Assembly (NCBI RefSeq): GCF_000143415.4
Contig: NW_003314307.1
Coordinates: 308,173-372,172, forward strand
Direction: 5' to 3'
Source of the DNA: Selaginella moellendorffii
Taxonomy: Eukaryota; Plantae; Lycopodiophyta
Length of the DNA: 64,000 nucleotides
Below are positions 1-13,020 of the stretch, one piece after another (positions within the stretch are counted from its first letter, which is position 1; every line of letters begins with the position of its first letter). Made by a program: the position numbers and the translations under genes. Below the pieces are notes generated by a model. It saw only the letters and a program-made list of their open reading frames with translations. It was not told the origin of the DNA and did no database searches.

Positions 1-341
1 AGCCACGCCTGGTATCCAAGTAGATAGTGCCACCCACACTTGGACTGGGAGCATCGGCCAGTCGATCTCCCGGGGGAACTAGAGCCGGCTCTTGAACATT
101 TCACCAAGCTACCCCGCTTGTCGGTCCGTATTCACTCTAGTCTTGGACTTCCCAGTGGTCAGCTCATCACCCAACACTGGGTCTGGCCTTCCTGGGCCAA
201 ACTGGCCTTTCCTGGCCAAACTGGCTCCACTGGGCTCCAACCCCCACACTCTCCCTACTATACTTTTGGAACCCCCCGCAGCCCCCCCCCCCCCTAGGGG
301 ACGATCGCTTTGGGCTTTCACCCAACTGCCTGTATTAATAT

Positions 342-394
342 TCGGACTCGGACTCGGACTCGGACTCGGTCTCGGTCCCGGATTCGGACTCGGA

Positions 395-431
<37 letters not shown>

Positions 432-750
432 CCGGTCTCGGTTCCATCTCGGACTCCATTTTGGACTCCATCTCGGGTCCATCTCGGACTCCATCTCGGG
501 TCCATCTCGGACTCCATCTCGGGTCCATCTCGGACTCCATCTCGGATCCATCTCGGACTCCATCTCGGATCCATCTCGGACTCCATATCGGACTCCATCT
601 CGGACTCCACTTCGGACTCCATATTGGACTCCACCTCGGGTCCATCTCGGACTCCATATCAGACTCCATCTTGAACTCCAGTTCGGACTCCATATCGGAC
701 TCCACTTCGGGTCCATCTCGGACTCCACTTCGGGTCCATCTCGGACTCCA
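342..750. repeat. LTR minisatellite: 6-bp (CTCGGA/CTCGGT) and 12-bp (GGACTCCATCTC) units
   Basis: Visible tandem array. Confidence 0.95.
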
Positions 751-1086
751 ATTTGGGTCCTTTCTGGGTCCCTTTTTAGAGCCTCGCTTATGGCTCACTT
801 CGTGCTCATTCCTCGAGCACCTTGTTGGGAGTTCCACTCCCGCTCTCGACCTTTCAAGTCGGAGCTTTTAGTCCAAACGTGTTACGCTCGTTTGGCTTTC
901 GCTTCGGCCACTACCACGTGGCTCCCTTCCGGCTCCACTTTGGGGCCTAGGGATTGTGTGTCTCACAACTCTACCACCCATAGACGAAGTTCGATGTCCT
1001 CATCGAACGGTAAACCATTTTATAAAGTAACACCCGCATGTGTTACCATTTCCATCCTTGGCACCTAGCCAATATTTGTCAATGTC

Positions 1087-1203
1087 TTGACATTGAAGGC
1101 TCACCATGCCTTCTCCATATTCGTCAATGGTTTGACATTGAAGGCTCACCATGCCTTTTGCATATTCTTCAATGGTTTGACACCAAAGGCTCACCATGCC
1201 TTG
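1087..1203. repeat. 45-bp tandem repeat, ~2.6 copies
   Basis: TTGACATTGAAGGCTCACCATGCCTT... recurs every 45 bp. Confidence 0.85.
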
Positions 1204-4200
1204 CCCATCCACTAAGGAGGGTAGTCTCTCTAACTTAGAGACTGATTGGACCACATATAGTGGTTCTCTCTTTTTATTGGTTTAGTTCTCGCTAAACCTC
1301 TTAGAGACCCTTCTTTAAGTTAATCCCACTACTCCTTCTCGAGTAGTCTTAATTTCCATCTATTGAACGTTTGTACCTTAGAACTTTTACTCTTTTGACT
1401 TTTGGAAATCAATTTCCTAGGTGTCTCCAACACCTTGCATTGCACAGATTGTGCAACTCCACTTCTCCATCCTAGGAAGTTCGTTACTTGAGGGCACCAT
1501 CATCCTCTCTTCTATTTCGTGCCACCTTGGGCATTAAGTTCCATTCATCATACTTTGTGCTAGGGCTGTCCATGGCCCTATCATTTGGCTACCTTACTGC
1601 TCCCTCCCTTGGAGCTTCCACTTTCGCCAAATCGGAGCAATTCGGAATCCATCTTTGGAAACACACTTCCTTTCCCGCAATTTGTTAGCGTCCAACACAT
1701 TAGTGTTCCTCGCCTAACTTTGTCACTTGGATTCCTTCCAAGGGATTCCACGGCCCTATCTTGGCCACTCATCTTTTGCTCCTATCCGTTGATTGTTGCA
1801 CCAAGCAACATCGAATCCCTACCTCCCTCCTTGAGGTATTCTTTTGATTCCATAGCAAAGGCTCTGCTCTGCCAAGACTAGGGTGTTCACCCCTAGTAAG
1901 TCTCTTTAGCATCTTTTGCAGTGGGCTTTATCCACGGCCCAACTTTGTGACCCTCCCATGGGTCTCTCTAGAGACTACTTTCCTTGGACACACTATGCCA
2001 TCGCAATGACATAGCTCATTTCCCTAAGGTGCCTTTCCCACTTGGTCACCTTGACCAAGCCACACCATCATCAATAGTTCAAATCACACTTTGAACTAGG
2101 AACCTTATTCCTTAACCCAAACAAGGACCTTGTCCTTATTTAGCCACAAGATCACCTAGTGATCTCACCTTGGCACCTTAACAGGTTTGCCAATAGGTAC
2201 TAGGCCTTCCAGACCTTTAACTTGTTAATTACGACCCCGGGGGCATCCCCCACACTTGGCGGTGCGCCCAAGCCAGCCCTTCCGGCCAAGGGTCCATAGC
2301 AACTGAGACTGGGTGTCCCCATCTCATTCACCATGTTCTTGGTGCCACTGGCACCAAAGTGTTCAAGTTAGATATGCTAAGCCACACTAAGCAATCTAAC
2401 CGTGCATCACGACTCCGGGGCATCCCCCGCTTGGCGATGTGCCCAAGCCAATCTCCTCATTGAGAGTCCATGACCACCGAAATATGAGTGTCCTCATATT
2501 CCAAACCATCACCACGCCCTAGTGATTTGGGACTCGAACCCAAGCACTAGAGGGTCGGGACTCAAACCCAACCTCCGTATATGCATCTACGGACGGCATC
2601 ACCCAAGATGCCTGGCGTGACTCCCCACGCCGGTGCACCAACTTATACTCAAAGCGCGCCATAGATCACAGCTTAGGGACCTAGTTCCTCCACACTGCCA
2701 AGTCCTCTCACTTGACAAGTTTGTGATCATGCATGGACTCCTCCATGCTCGGCCCCATGGCCCACCCTTTTGAAGTTATCACCTTCAACTAGGGTATTTG
2801 TTCCTCTGACTTGCCAATCTCGCTTTGGCAAGTCCTCCGACCACTGTAATATGGTTCCTGCACAAGCGTGAAAGCCCTTGATCATCGACTTTCGTTCAAG
2901 GCCCTCTCTTTAAACACTTGGGAACTACTTCCCTAACTTTGATAGCCTTGCCTCATAGCAAGCTTCAAGACCACGCTTCTGCTGCACCACTCTGATTTCG
3001 CGCGTTCCTTGAACCATTTACGCTTGGCCTTTCTAGGTACTAAGCTACCTAGAATCCTCTTTGGGAACCTTGAAGGAACTCTGTCCCTTAGCTTGCTAAG
3101 GCCTCCCTTTTTGCAAGCTTTCCAACTACCATATAGTCTAACATGGACAATTCCATGTTTTAGACTCTTCATGGCATCACGGTTGCTAGCGGCAACACCC
3201 TCGAGCCCCCACTTGATTCTCCACTCCTAGCTGGCATAACCAACTTTGGTTATGCCCTTCAATTCCAATGGTTCGGTTCTATCCCCTTACTTCTTGCTTT
3301 TGGCTTCACACCTTTCCTTCGGTCATTCTCCTCCAGACCAAGAGGATAGCTTTGCACTTTCTATCATGCCTTAGCAAGCATTCTTAGGGATGAACCTACC
3401 CAATAGCCTAGGGAGTGGTTCCTCAATCCAGGTATGCTCACTCTATAATCCCACACACCGGGATTACGTTGTTGTTTACGAGCCTTTGCATGCCCATTGC
3501 TAGCCTTGCCAAAATTCCATTTTTGGCTTTGTCCAATTCGAGTAGACAGTCTTCTCTTGTTTCCGCCACCTTGGACATTTGGATAGCACCTACTATCTAT
3601 CATTCGCTAGGGACTTAGTCCCTTGGGCCTTATCTACTACCCTCGCGACATCAAACACCACCTCCTGGTGTTCTAGAGTGTTCGGGTGTCCTAATGACGG
3701 CTTCCTTGACAATAAATATTTCCTTTTATGACATTGACTTACTATATCGCAATATAAGCAACTTATCCCCCGTAAAGGTATATCCAACTTCCTTATGCCA
3801 TTAAGAAGGCTTGGGTAGCTACCTTCTACCCGTTTAACCAATTATTTTGCACCTCTTGTTTAGTTGCCTCGTAGTTATCAAATCGTACAACTCATTGCTG
3901 GTGCTTCCACACCTCCATCATTATCTGGGTCACCACACTCCAAATGCATGCTCTGCAGCTTAGGCTATGCCATTCCCATTTCTATTGGGATTCCTTTGGC
4001 AAGAGGTTCTCATGAACCCACCAACATAGCCTCAAGGTATCACACCTTGGCACATTTGGTGTCTCCACACCATTGGCTCCACGAGCCTACCTCTATGACA
4101 CTACTTATTAGTGTTTAGGTTTTGCTAAAGCCAATATAGTTGTTCCTCATGCTAACTATCCGTTAGCACCGCACCATAGTGTTTGCACCCAACTTTGGGC

Positions 4201-5097
4201 CAAAGTTGTTTTCTTTTGGGAACATCTTTCCCACAACTTTAGTATGGCACATTCTGCCATCAATGAGATACCTACTGTTCTCATACTTGGATCTTATGAT
4301 CCTCCCCATACCTCATGGGGCACTATACACTTCAGTTCAAATGCTCCAATCAATCCCTTAGGACCATTCCCTGACTCCGCTTGAGTCATCTAGCATTTTG
4401 GACTTTGCTAATCCAAGAACCTGCGAGGTCTCAGTCTTAGAGGTACCAACTCTCTAGAATACAACTTCTTGTATTCATGTCCTACTCACAAGGACAATCT
4501 TTGCAAGTGTTACTCTGACACTTGATGATTTTCTTGGGGCTAACCTTTGCCCCTTAGGACTACTTGTCCATGTGATGAGAATAGCAACTCATCTTTAAGT
4601 ACACCCTCAACTCCTTGGGTTGTTCTAGCATTTATTAAAGGTAGCCCCGCTTACCATTTCAAGGACTGGTGTCCTCTTTTGTATTTAACCTCCCACGGTC
4701 AACAATTCCGGACTCAAATTTATGAGTACCAGCCTCAACCATATAAGGGTAATCTTGTGATTCCTTTATTGTTTTGGAGTCTGCATCTTCCCCGTGATCC
4801 CAACTATAGTTGTTTACCACAACTACATTAGCTCATTTGCTGCATCAAACGCTCATCTGGATCACATCCTCATCTCTCTGAGGAAACCCTTATACTGTTC
4901 CCAAGATCCCAAAGTCGTTCCATTATTGGCCCTTTTCTATCCACCACCTCACCTACAAGTTCACACATGAACTGTAATGGAGAGCCATGTCTTCCCGACT
5001 TGCTACTCCTCAAGGATAGGCCCACTCCTCGGACCTTCCGATGCAAACACCAGTGGTGATATACTTGAGCACCAATAAAAGTCGGACTAAGGAACAA

Positions 5098-5108
5098 CTC
5101 CGATACCA
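5098..5108 (-). promoter_or_regulatory. Primer binding site (tRNA-iMet type)
   Basis: TGGTATCGGAG 3 nt after the LTR end; canonical is TGGTATCAGAG. Confidence 0.8.
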
Positions 5109-5111
5109 AGT

Positions 5112-7188
5112 TGTAAGCGACTAAATTTTCCATTCTACTTTAGTCACTTAACCACACCTCCGACCACTTGGAAGAGTCTCATTCACCACCTCCATAAGTC
5201 CAATTCAGGACTTGGGACTTGCTAGCCCCGAGAATGGCATCTATGCCACTCAACATTTGCACTTGGTCCAAGTGCTCCACGTGTCCAATCCCATGACCGA
5301 CACTCAAAGGTACCACCGACATGGCAGCCTGTTACGCTAAGGCCATGCCCAATCACCTTTGCCACACTGGTAGTCCAATACCACTTGCATCACAGTCTTG
5401 GCTCTCCAAGACTAGGCAATCCCTCCATGAGTGGTCATCTCAGATCCACTCCTTAGCATCTTTAGGATGCCCACCGACAAGGGGAATAACCTTCCCCAAT
5501 ATCCCTCTGTCAGTCTCCACTAAGTCCCTTTCTACCCCTGGCCGTGTTTGCCAACACTGCCACTGGATCGAGGCCCACAGGCCCGACCACTAAGTCCCAC
5601 GGTCCTCTAGGACTTCCACACCACACGACTGTGTCCTTGGTCACTACCCTAGAGGATTGCTCCTCTTCCTTTCCACAGTTTAGGCCTTTGGGACAACATT
5701 TCGGAACACCGTGGCCTTACGCGAGCCACCTGGGTACTCTCCCCGCCTTCCGCCCTTGGGTGCTCTAGCCATGGGCTTAGAGCGAGGTTCCGTTGAGCCA
5801 CGCCTGGTATCCAAGTAGGTAGTGCCACCCACACTTGGACTGGGAGCATCGGCCAGTCGATCTCCCGGGGGAACTAGAGCCGGCTCTTGAACACTTCACC
5901 AAGCTACCCCGCTTGTCGGTCCGTATTCACTCTAGTCTTGGACTTCCCAGTGGTCAGCTCATCACCCAACACTGGGTCTGGCCTTCCTGGGCCAAACTGG
6001 CCTTTCCTAGCCAAACTGGCTCTACGGTACTCCAACCCCCACACTCTCCCTACTATACTTTTGGAACCCCCCGCAGCCCCCCCCCCCCCCCCCACCCANN
6101 NNNNNNNNNNNNNNNNNNNNNNNNNNNNNNNNNNNNNNNNNNNNNNNNNNNNNNNNNNNNNNNNNNNNNNNNNNNNNNNNNNNNNNNNNNNNNNNNNNNN
6201 NNNNNNNNNNNNNNNNNNNNNNNNNNNNNNNNNNNNNNNNNNNNNNNNNNNNNNNNNNNNNNNNNNNNNNNNNNNNNNNNNNNNNNNNNNNNNNNNNNNN
6301 NNNNNNNNNNNNNNNNNNNNNNNNNNNNNNNNNNNNNNNNNNNNNNNNNNNNNNNNNNNNNNNNNNNNNNNNNNNNNNNNNNNNNNNNNNNNNNNNNNNN
6401 NNNNNNNNNNNNNNNNNNNNNNNNNNNNNNNNNNNNNNNNNNNNNNNNNNNNNNNNNNNNNNNNNNNNNNNNNNNNNNNNNNNNNCTCCATATCGGACTC
6501 CACTTCGGGTCCATCTTGGACTCCATATCGGACTCCATATCGGACTCCACTTCGGGTCCATCTTGGACTCCATATCGGACTCCATCTCAGACTCCACTTC
6601 GGACTCGGTCTCGGTCTCGGTCTCGGTCCCGGTCTCGGTTCCATCTCGGACTCCATTTTGGACTCCATCTCGGGTCCATCTCGGACTCCATCTCGGGTCC
6701 ATCTCGGACTCCATCTCGGGTCCATCTCGGACTCCATCTCGGATCCATCTCGGACTCCATCTCGGATCCATCTCGGACTCCATCTCAGACTCCATATCGG
6801 ACTCCATCTCGGACTCCACTTCGGACTCCATATCGGACTCCACCTCGGGTCCATCTCGGACTCCATATCGGACTCCATCTCGAACTCCACTTCGGACTCC
6901 ATATCGGACTCCATATCGGACTCCACTTCGGGTCCATCTCGAACTCCACTTCGGGTCCATCTCGGACTCCAATTCGGGTCCTTTCTGGGTCCCTTTTTAG
7001 AGCCTCGCTTATGGCTCACTTCGTGCTCATTCCTCGAGCACCTTGTTGGGAGTTCCACTCCCGCTTTCGACCTTTCAAGTCGGAGCTTTTAGTCCAAACG
7101 TGTTACGCTCGTTTGGCTTTCGCTTCAGCCACTACCATGTGGCGCCCTTCCGGCTCCACTTTGGGGCCTAGGGATTGTGTGTCTCACA
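5112..7188 (-). repeat. 5' LTR (contains assembly gap 6099-6485)
   Basis: TG...CA termini, adjacent PBS, direct-repeat match to 1-967. Confidence 0.85.
6486..6980. repeat. Same minisatellite in the 5' LTR (longer, partly in the gap)
   Basis: Visible tandem array. Confidence 0.95.
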
Positions 7189-7955
7189 AAGAGTCGGCTC
7201 TAGTTCCCCCGGGAGATTGACTGGCCGATGCTCCCAGTCCAAGTGTGGGTGGCACTACCTACTTGGATACCAGGCGTGGCTCAACGGAACGTCGCTCTAA
7301 GCCCATGGCTAGAGCACCTAAAGGTGGAAGGCGGGGAGAGTACCTATGAGGCTCGTGTAAGGCCACGGTGTTCCGAAATGTTATCCCAAAGTCCCAGACT
7401 GTGGAAAGAAAGAGGAGTAGCCCTCTGGTGTGGTGACCAAGGACACAATCACACGGTGAGAAAGTCCTAGAGGACTGTGGGACTTGGTGGTCGGGCCTGT
7501 GGGCCTTGATCCAGTGGCAGTGTTGGCAAACATGGCCCTAGATAAAAAATGACTTAGTGAGGACCGGAAAGGAGATATTGGGGAAGGCTATTCCCCATGT
7601 CTGTGGGCATCCTAAGGATGCTAAGGAGTGGGTCTAGGATGACCACTCATGGACGGATGGCCCAGTCTTGGAGAGACGAGATTGCAATGATGGACCATTG
7701 ATGTGACCAAGGTGAATGGTTATAGCCTAGCATAATGGGCTAATATATTAGTGGTACCTTAGGGTGTCGATCATGGGATCGGACACGTGGAACACTTGGA
7801 CCAAGTGCAAGGGTTGAGTGGCATGGATGCCATTCTTAGGGCTAGCAAATCCCTAAGTCTAGAATAAGACTTACAGAGGGGTGAGTGAGACTCCTCCAAG
7901 TGGTCAGAGGTGTGGTTACGTGACTAAAGTAAGATGGAAAATTTAGTCACTTACA
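7189..7955 (+). mobile_element. Older partial LTR of the same family in the opposite orientation
   Basis: Diverged reverse complement of ~5112-5888, ending ...TTAGTCACTTACA at 7955. Confidence 0.85.
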
Positions 7956-8149
7956 TTAACCCTATATATCCCAAGACCCTTAACTAATTAGAAAAAGAGG
8001 TGTACTCTTATTTATAAGCCATTTCCTTATATATTTGAACCATTATAAATTGACTCTCAAGTCATTCCCTTTAGATACTTATAGCCCTCTCCAAGTTTAG
8101 CAAAAATATCAAGGTGACATTTGCTTGTTTCAAAACTAGTTATTGCTTT

Positions 8150-8800
8150 GAAACACTAGGCATTTAGGGATATGTGGCAAATGATTGATGATGCATTTAA
8201 AGTGGCTTCATGCACTACTCAAGCTTATCCATGCCATTTTAGCTGTGCATTTCTTAAGCATGAAGGACTAATGATCCATTAGCCGAATAAGGAGGGAATG
8301 AATAAAGTTATAACAAGATTTTAAAGATTGCATGGATTCCTAAATTGTTGTGGTGCAATAGATTGCACTCACATTGCAATTGAGCTCCCAAGATCAGAGG
8401 ATGTAACAGATTGGTATGCTAAGGCAAAAAAATACTACTCAATGGTAGTTCAAGGCATGGTTCCAGATATACGAGTTTGAAATTCTAGTGGTTTGAAGAA
8501 GGTATGGATTGAGAATAAGTGTTTATGTGGTCTAGTGTACCACAAAAAGTTTGGGGACATTCCACAATATATCATTGATGATGAAGGATATAATTGTGCT
8601 TTATTGGTTTTGGTCCCATATCCAAACAGGTTTCATGGCAAAGAGCAATACAACTTCCTTCATTGTTCTACAAGTATTGTTGTTGAGCAATCTTTTGAAA
8701 TTTTAAAGAGGCAATGAAAATTACTAGCTCATAAGGGATTTAAAACCTGCCATTCCTTGTAATCATCAAGTTATGTAGCGCACAGCATGCCATGATGTTA
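8150..8800 (+). pseudogene. PIF/Harbinger (DDE_Tnp_4, HARBI1-like) transposase relic
   Basis: Motifs GFLNCCGAIDCTHI, YYSMVVQG, IIDDEGY and YNFLHCSTSIVVEQSFEILKRQ, with stops and frameshifts. Confidence 0.8.
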
Positions 8801-9049
8801 TTCATGAAGATGCCTAGATGTCCTCATAGAAAATTTTGACCCTAACAGATTTAAACATAATGCAAGCTACTTTCCATAAAAGTCTCTTCATTCAGCTAAA
8901 GATGGTATAGCATTGAGAGACACCATTGAAAAGTTGTAGAGAGCTTAGTGTGATAGTACTATTGTACTTTATTCAATACAATGTTTTTGAATGAACTTCC
9001 ATGTTTGCAACCTTTAATATTCCATTATAGGTCATACATATCAGCCACA

Positions 9050-9920
9050 TATTCTAACAATTCTGAGGCTTTGTAGCAGGTGTAATGAAACAGTCACAGT
9101 TAAGCTTGTAAGCAAACCTTGTGGTGTTCAACATCAGTACATGTGATAAGGCGAGCAAGAGCATTCCCTATGGTAGTAGTAAGGCAAATGAGATCTCTCC
9201 CTGCAGTACCTTCTAAGATTTGTCATGGCTGTCACCCCTTTATAGAGAGTAGCGGGGTGATCTACAAAAGTAGTCCCTATAATCCCTATCTCAGTCTCTC
9301 TCATAGTGTCGTGGACCATAACCTGATGGCCAAGATCTTGGAGGAGCTGTGATGAAACTAGAAAAAATATTAGAATAGAATTGCAAGAGCTCCACCATAG
9401 CCACGATGAAGATGTTTGCTGGAAGATCCACCACATCTGTGCTGATCTTGCCAAGTTTCAAGGATGTCAATGACTTACTGTTCACGATAATATGCACTAG
9501 GTCAGAGAGACTTGAAAAATCCAAGCCAGTGAGGAAGAAACTGAGAACTTCCAGGGTGCTGTTGCTCACTATAAGCTCGTGGAGCACTAACTTCCATCAT
9601 CCTCGATCATGCTCTCTTCCAAATAAAGAACTCGTAAAGATCCATGATAAAGGTAAAATAAAAAACAACACCGAAATAAGAGAATTACTTACTTGAACTC
9701 TCAAGCCTAGTGGAGAACCTAGAGCACTTGTCCAACCTAGGAACTAGCCAAAGCCTCAAGCAAGCAATTTGAAGGCCATCTCTAGAGAGGCAAATACTGT
9801 AAATTGAATCCATGGCTCGCAATAGCCACCCCAATCCTTCAAACTTAGAATGTGGTGAGGAAGTCCTAGTGGTCAATGGGACTTAGTGGTTCAAGCTTCA
9901 AGCCCTGACCCCATGGTAAT
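9050..9920 (-). pseudogene. COI1/TIR1-type F-box-LRR receptor pseudogene fragment
   Basis: Minus-strand pieces DWGGYCEPWI, RLDKCSRFST, SLRVLYLEESMIEDDG..LHELIVSNSTLEVLSFFLT and NSKSLTSLKLG parallel COI1 motifs (WGGYVTPWV; LDKCSGFTT; EESSF..DGKWLHELA..NTSLEVLNFYMT). Frame is disrupted. Confidence 0.7.
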
Positions 9921-10117
9921 TTTGGCGAGCATAGACATGTATGGAAAGGGGTTTGGTAGGGACTAAAGAAGGGATATATGCCATTTGTTCATGATTGATC
10001 ATATTATGATCTCAGCTTAGCATCATTATGATACCCAAAGACATAGGGAACACCCTTCCTCATGTCTTTGGGAAACAAGACTATGGCACAAGTTATCTTA
10101 GACTACCAATAAAACAA

Positions 10118-10355
10118 GGGTGAATGGATATGGCTTTAGCATAATAGGCTAATATGCTAATAGTACATTTAAGTGTTTGTAGTGGGATAAAAAATGTGAA
10201 ACACTTGAATCTAGTGTAAAGGTAGAGTGGTATAAAAGCCATTCACAAAGCTAACAAGCCCCCAAGTTATGAATAGAATTTATAAAGGTTGTGAGTAAGA
10301 CTCCTCCAAGTGATCAAAAGTGACTAAAGTAAAATAGAAAAATTAATCATTTAAA
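10118..10355 (+). mobile_element. Highly decayed, AT-shifted 3' end of the same LTR family as 7189-7955
   Basis: Colinear with 7710-7955 (GACTCCTCCAAGTG, TGACTAAAGTAA) with many G>A and C>T changes. Confidence 0.7.
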
Positions 10356-10729
10356 AAGGGTTTTCAACACTAGTAACTTCAAGCTAACATATGAGTTTCT
10401 CATACCAAGTTGAGTTTACTCAATAAGAAACACATAGAAAGTTTTTACCTTATGTTTATCTTGCATACATATATAATGACCAATTTCTCAAGTAGCTTGG
10501 GATAAAGGATCTAATAAAACTAACATTCTACTGTTGTGACAGTAAAAAAAAGAATATTCAAAAAGACTTGCTAATAAGTAACATTTGATACCCATAATTA
10601 CATTTGCAACACTAACAAAAAAAAGATAAAGTGAAAGGCAATTGTTTTTGTTGCCATAAGCCTAAACAAACCATCATAATAAAGATTGTCTTTTAAGGGG
10701 TTAATGAATGCTAAGATGAATATAATGGA

Positions 10730-10870
10730 ATGTCCTTGTGCTTGGCATTGAGCGTATGGAAGACCGAGTGATGCTGGTTGTCATATCTTCCCGCCACGAG
10801 GTCCAGACCACCCACGAAACCTGTGATGGCCCTCATATGGCTTCCGGATGCCCCATCATATATGTACTTT
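10730..10870 (-). pseudogene. Phospholipase D (C2-PLD) exon fragment
   Basis: FVGGLDLVAGRYDNQHHSVFHTL matches the plant PLD motif FVGGLDLCDGRYD..HSLF.TL. Confidence 0.75.
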
Positions 10871-11805
10871 AAAATTTTTTTCTCAATTGAGTCTAATCCC
10901 ATTGACTGTTTTAACAATGTCCACAGGACCACATCATATCGCTTAAGCATCAGCCCTTACTACATCATAGTATGTCACCCATGTCAGCTGATTGTTCTGC
11001 ATCTCCAAGCCATGGAAAAGAAAGAATATTATGCTTTCAGTAACTCATGACCTCTTGCTTACAAAGCAAGCACATTACCATTAAAGCTTTACACATGAAG
11101 ATGAAAAAAGAGGACAATATTCATAATAAGCCTTCTCTATTTTTTGAAGGGGAGTATGTAAAGCTTGTCCTTACAAGTTTGCAAGTCAAAGATAAAATTG
11201 TTGACAAAAAAGCTGGAAAGAAATGGTAGATCTAGACAATGCAAAAAGCTAAATCTAAACCAAAATCCTGAAAGGACAAAATCTTTCAAGTATCCTCACA
11301 CAGAGTTTGACATTGGGGTGTCTCCTAATGTCAAGGTAAGCAAGCTCTTTCTTTGACAACCACAGCTCTTCATTGGAAACTTTGGTTGTTTTGCAGCTCT
11401 TTGGATGTGAAAGTGGGCATTGCTTGGTTCGACCACTTGTTCAATGCCCACTATTACGTGATTTTATCACGACTGGTTCTAGGAGTTTCCGTGAACACTT
11501 AAGATCTAACCCAAAAAAGGACTCCAAGGCAGGCAACATTTGCTGGTTGACTCTCCAAACGTTTGTTTAATCGTAAAAGTGTTGTTTCGTTGAGAGTTCC
11601 CATAAGTTCAAAGTACAATTGCAACCAAACAACAAAAAGGCGCGTAGAAATAGACAGTCGAATTTTCGACTGACTTTTCAATACAAGATAAGCGTTGATT
11701 CTCGACGCCGTTGGATGGATGCACCGGTGACCGTTGGATCGGCAGGAGGCGTGGGAAATAAATTCCACCATTCAAATGTTTTTAGGCGTGGAGGGTTTTA
11801 GTATC

Positions 11806-13020
11806 ATGGGCCAGATGTGTTGCTGCTTCCAGGTGCCCCAGTCGAGGGTAGCGATCAAGGAGCGATGGGGCAAATTCGACGAGGTCCTGGATCCCGGATG
11901 CCACTGCGTCCCTTGGATCTTTGGCAGCAACATCACTGGATCTCTCAATCTCAGGATCCAGCAGCTGGATGTGCGCTGCGAGACCAAGACCAAGGTTAGG
12001 GTTCTTGGCTTCTGGGCTTCTCTGGGCTGAATTTTGGGGGGGTTTCTTGCCTGCCAGGACAATGTCTTTGTGACGGTCGTAGCATCGGTCCAGTATGCGG
12101 TGGTCCAGGCCGACGCCATGGATGCTTACTACAAGCTCTCTAATCCGCGGGAGCAAATCCAAGCTTATGTCTTTGATGGTTTGTATTTTATTTTTTGCGT
12201 TTGACTTTGCTCGTTTCAAATCGTTTCCTTGCAGTCGTCCGCGCTTGCGTGCCAAAGATGATTCTGGACGATGTTTTTGAGCAGAAGAATGAAGTTGCCA
12301 AATCTGTCGAGGACGAGCTCGAAAAGGTACTGAGCCTCTTCTTCTTCGCTTTGGTCTTGTTAGATGCGCTTCTTCGAAGTTGATCTCTCTTAGAGGTCCT
12401 TTCTTTTCTTGTTATATGATTTTCACTCCTTCCTTTCGATCGTGGCAGGCAATGGCCGCATACGGATATCGCATCGTCCAGACCTTGATTGTCGACGTTG
12501 AGCCGGACAAAACTGTTCGAAATGCCATGAACGAGATCAACGCAGGTTCTATTCTTATCAACTATTCCTATGCATTTGTTTATGTTTTCTTCCGGACTTT
12601 GTCCGCGCGTTACTTTGGGGATCCCGTTAACACTGTTTGCTCTTTTGTTTTGTGGCAGCTGCGAGGCTGAGAGTGGCGGCCAACGAGAAGGCCGAGGCCG
12701 AGAAGATCCTCCAGGTGAAGCGGGCCGAGGCGGAGGCCGAGTCCAAGTATCTGTCCGGCGTGGGAGTGGCGAGGCAGCGCCAGGCGATTGTGGACGGCCT
12801 CCGCGAGAGCGTCTTGGCCTTCTCGCACAACGTTCCAGGGACGAGCGCCAAGGACGTTATGGACATGGTGCTCTTGACGCAGTACTTCGACACCATGAAG
12901 GAGATTGGTGCCACCTCCAAATCGTCCACCGTCTTCCTGCCGCATGGACCCGGTGCCGTGCGGGACGTTGCCGAGCAGATCCGCAACGGGATGCTGCAGG
13001 CCGAGGCCTTCACGCAGTGA
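11806..13020 (+). CDS. HIR1: Hypersensitive-induced response protein (SPFH/Band 7), 5 exons
   Basis: [13 protein letters not shown] start; [10 protein letters not shown]|DNVFV; [24 protein letters not shown]...[17 protein letters not shown]; GT-AG introns. Confidence 0.95.

Larger units (their letters stand above)
1..7188 (-). mobile_element. Non-autonomous LTR retrotransposon (LARD-like). 5' LTR 5112-7188, internal region 968-5111, 3' LTR runs from 967 off the left edge of the window
   Basis: 1-967 is near-identical to ~5796-7188. On the minus strand the LTR starts TGTGAGAC (7188 and 967) and ends CTTACA (5112). A PBS-like TGGTATCGGAG follows at 5108-5098 and a purine-rich GGGTGGTAGAGT precedes the 3' LTR. 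No intact gag/pol ORF in the 4.1-kb internal region. Confidence 0.85.

Noticed and set aside
92-1068. Long overlapping ORFs on both strands (also 5835-7220)
   Set aside because: Products of a stop-free minisatellite and the N gap; no protein signature
3364-3841. Possible gag or protease remnants in the first LTR element
   Set aside because: Too degenerate to call from sequence alone
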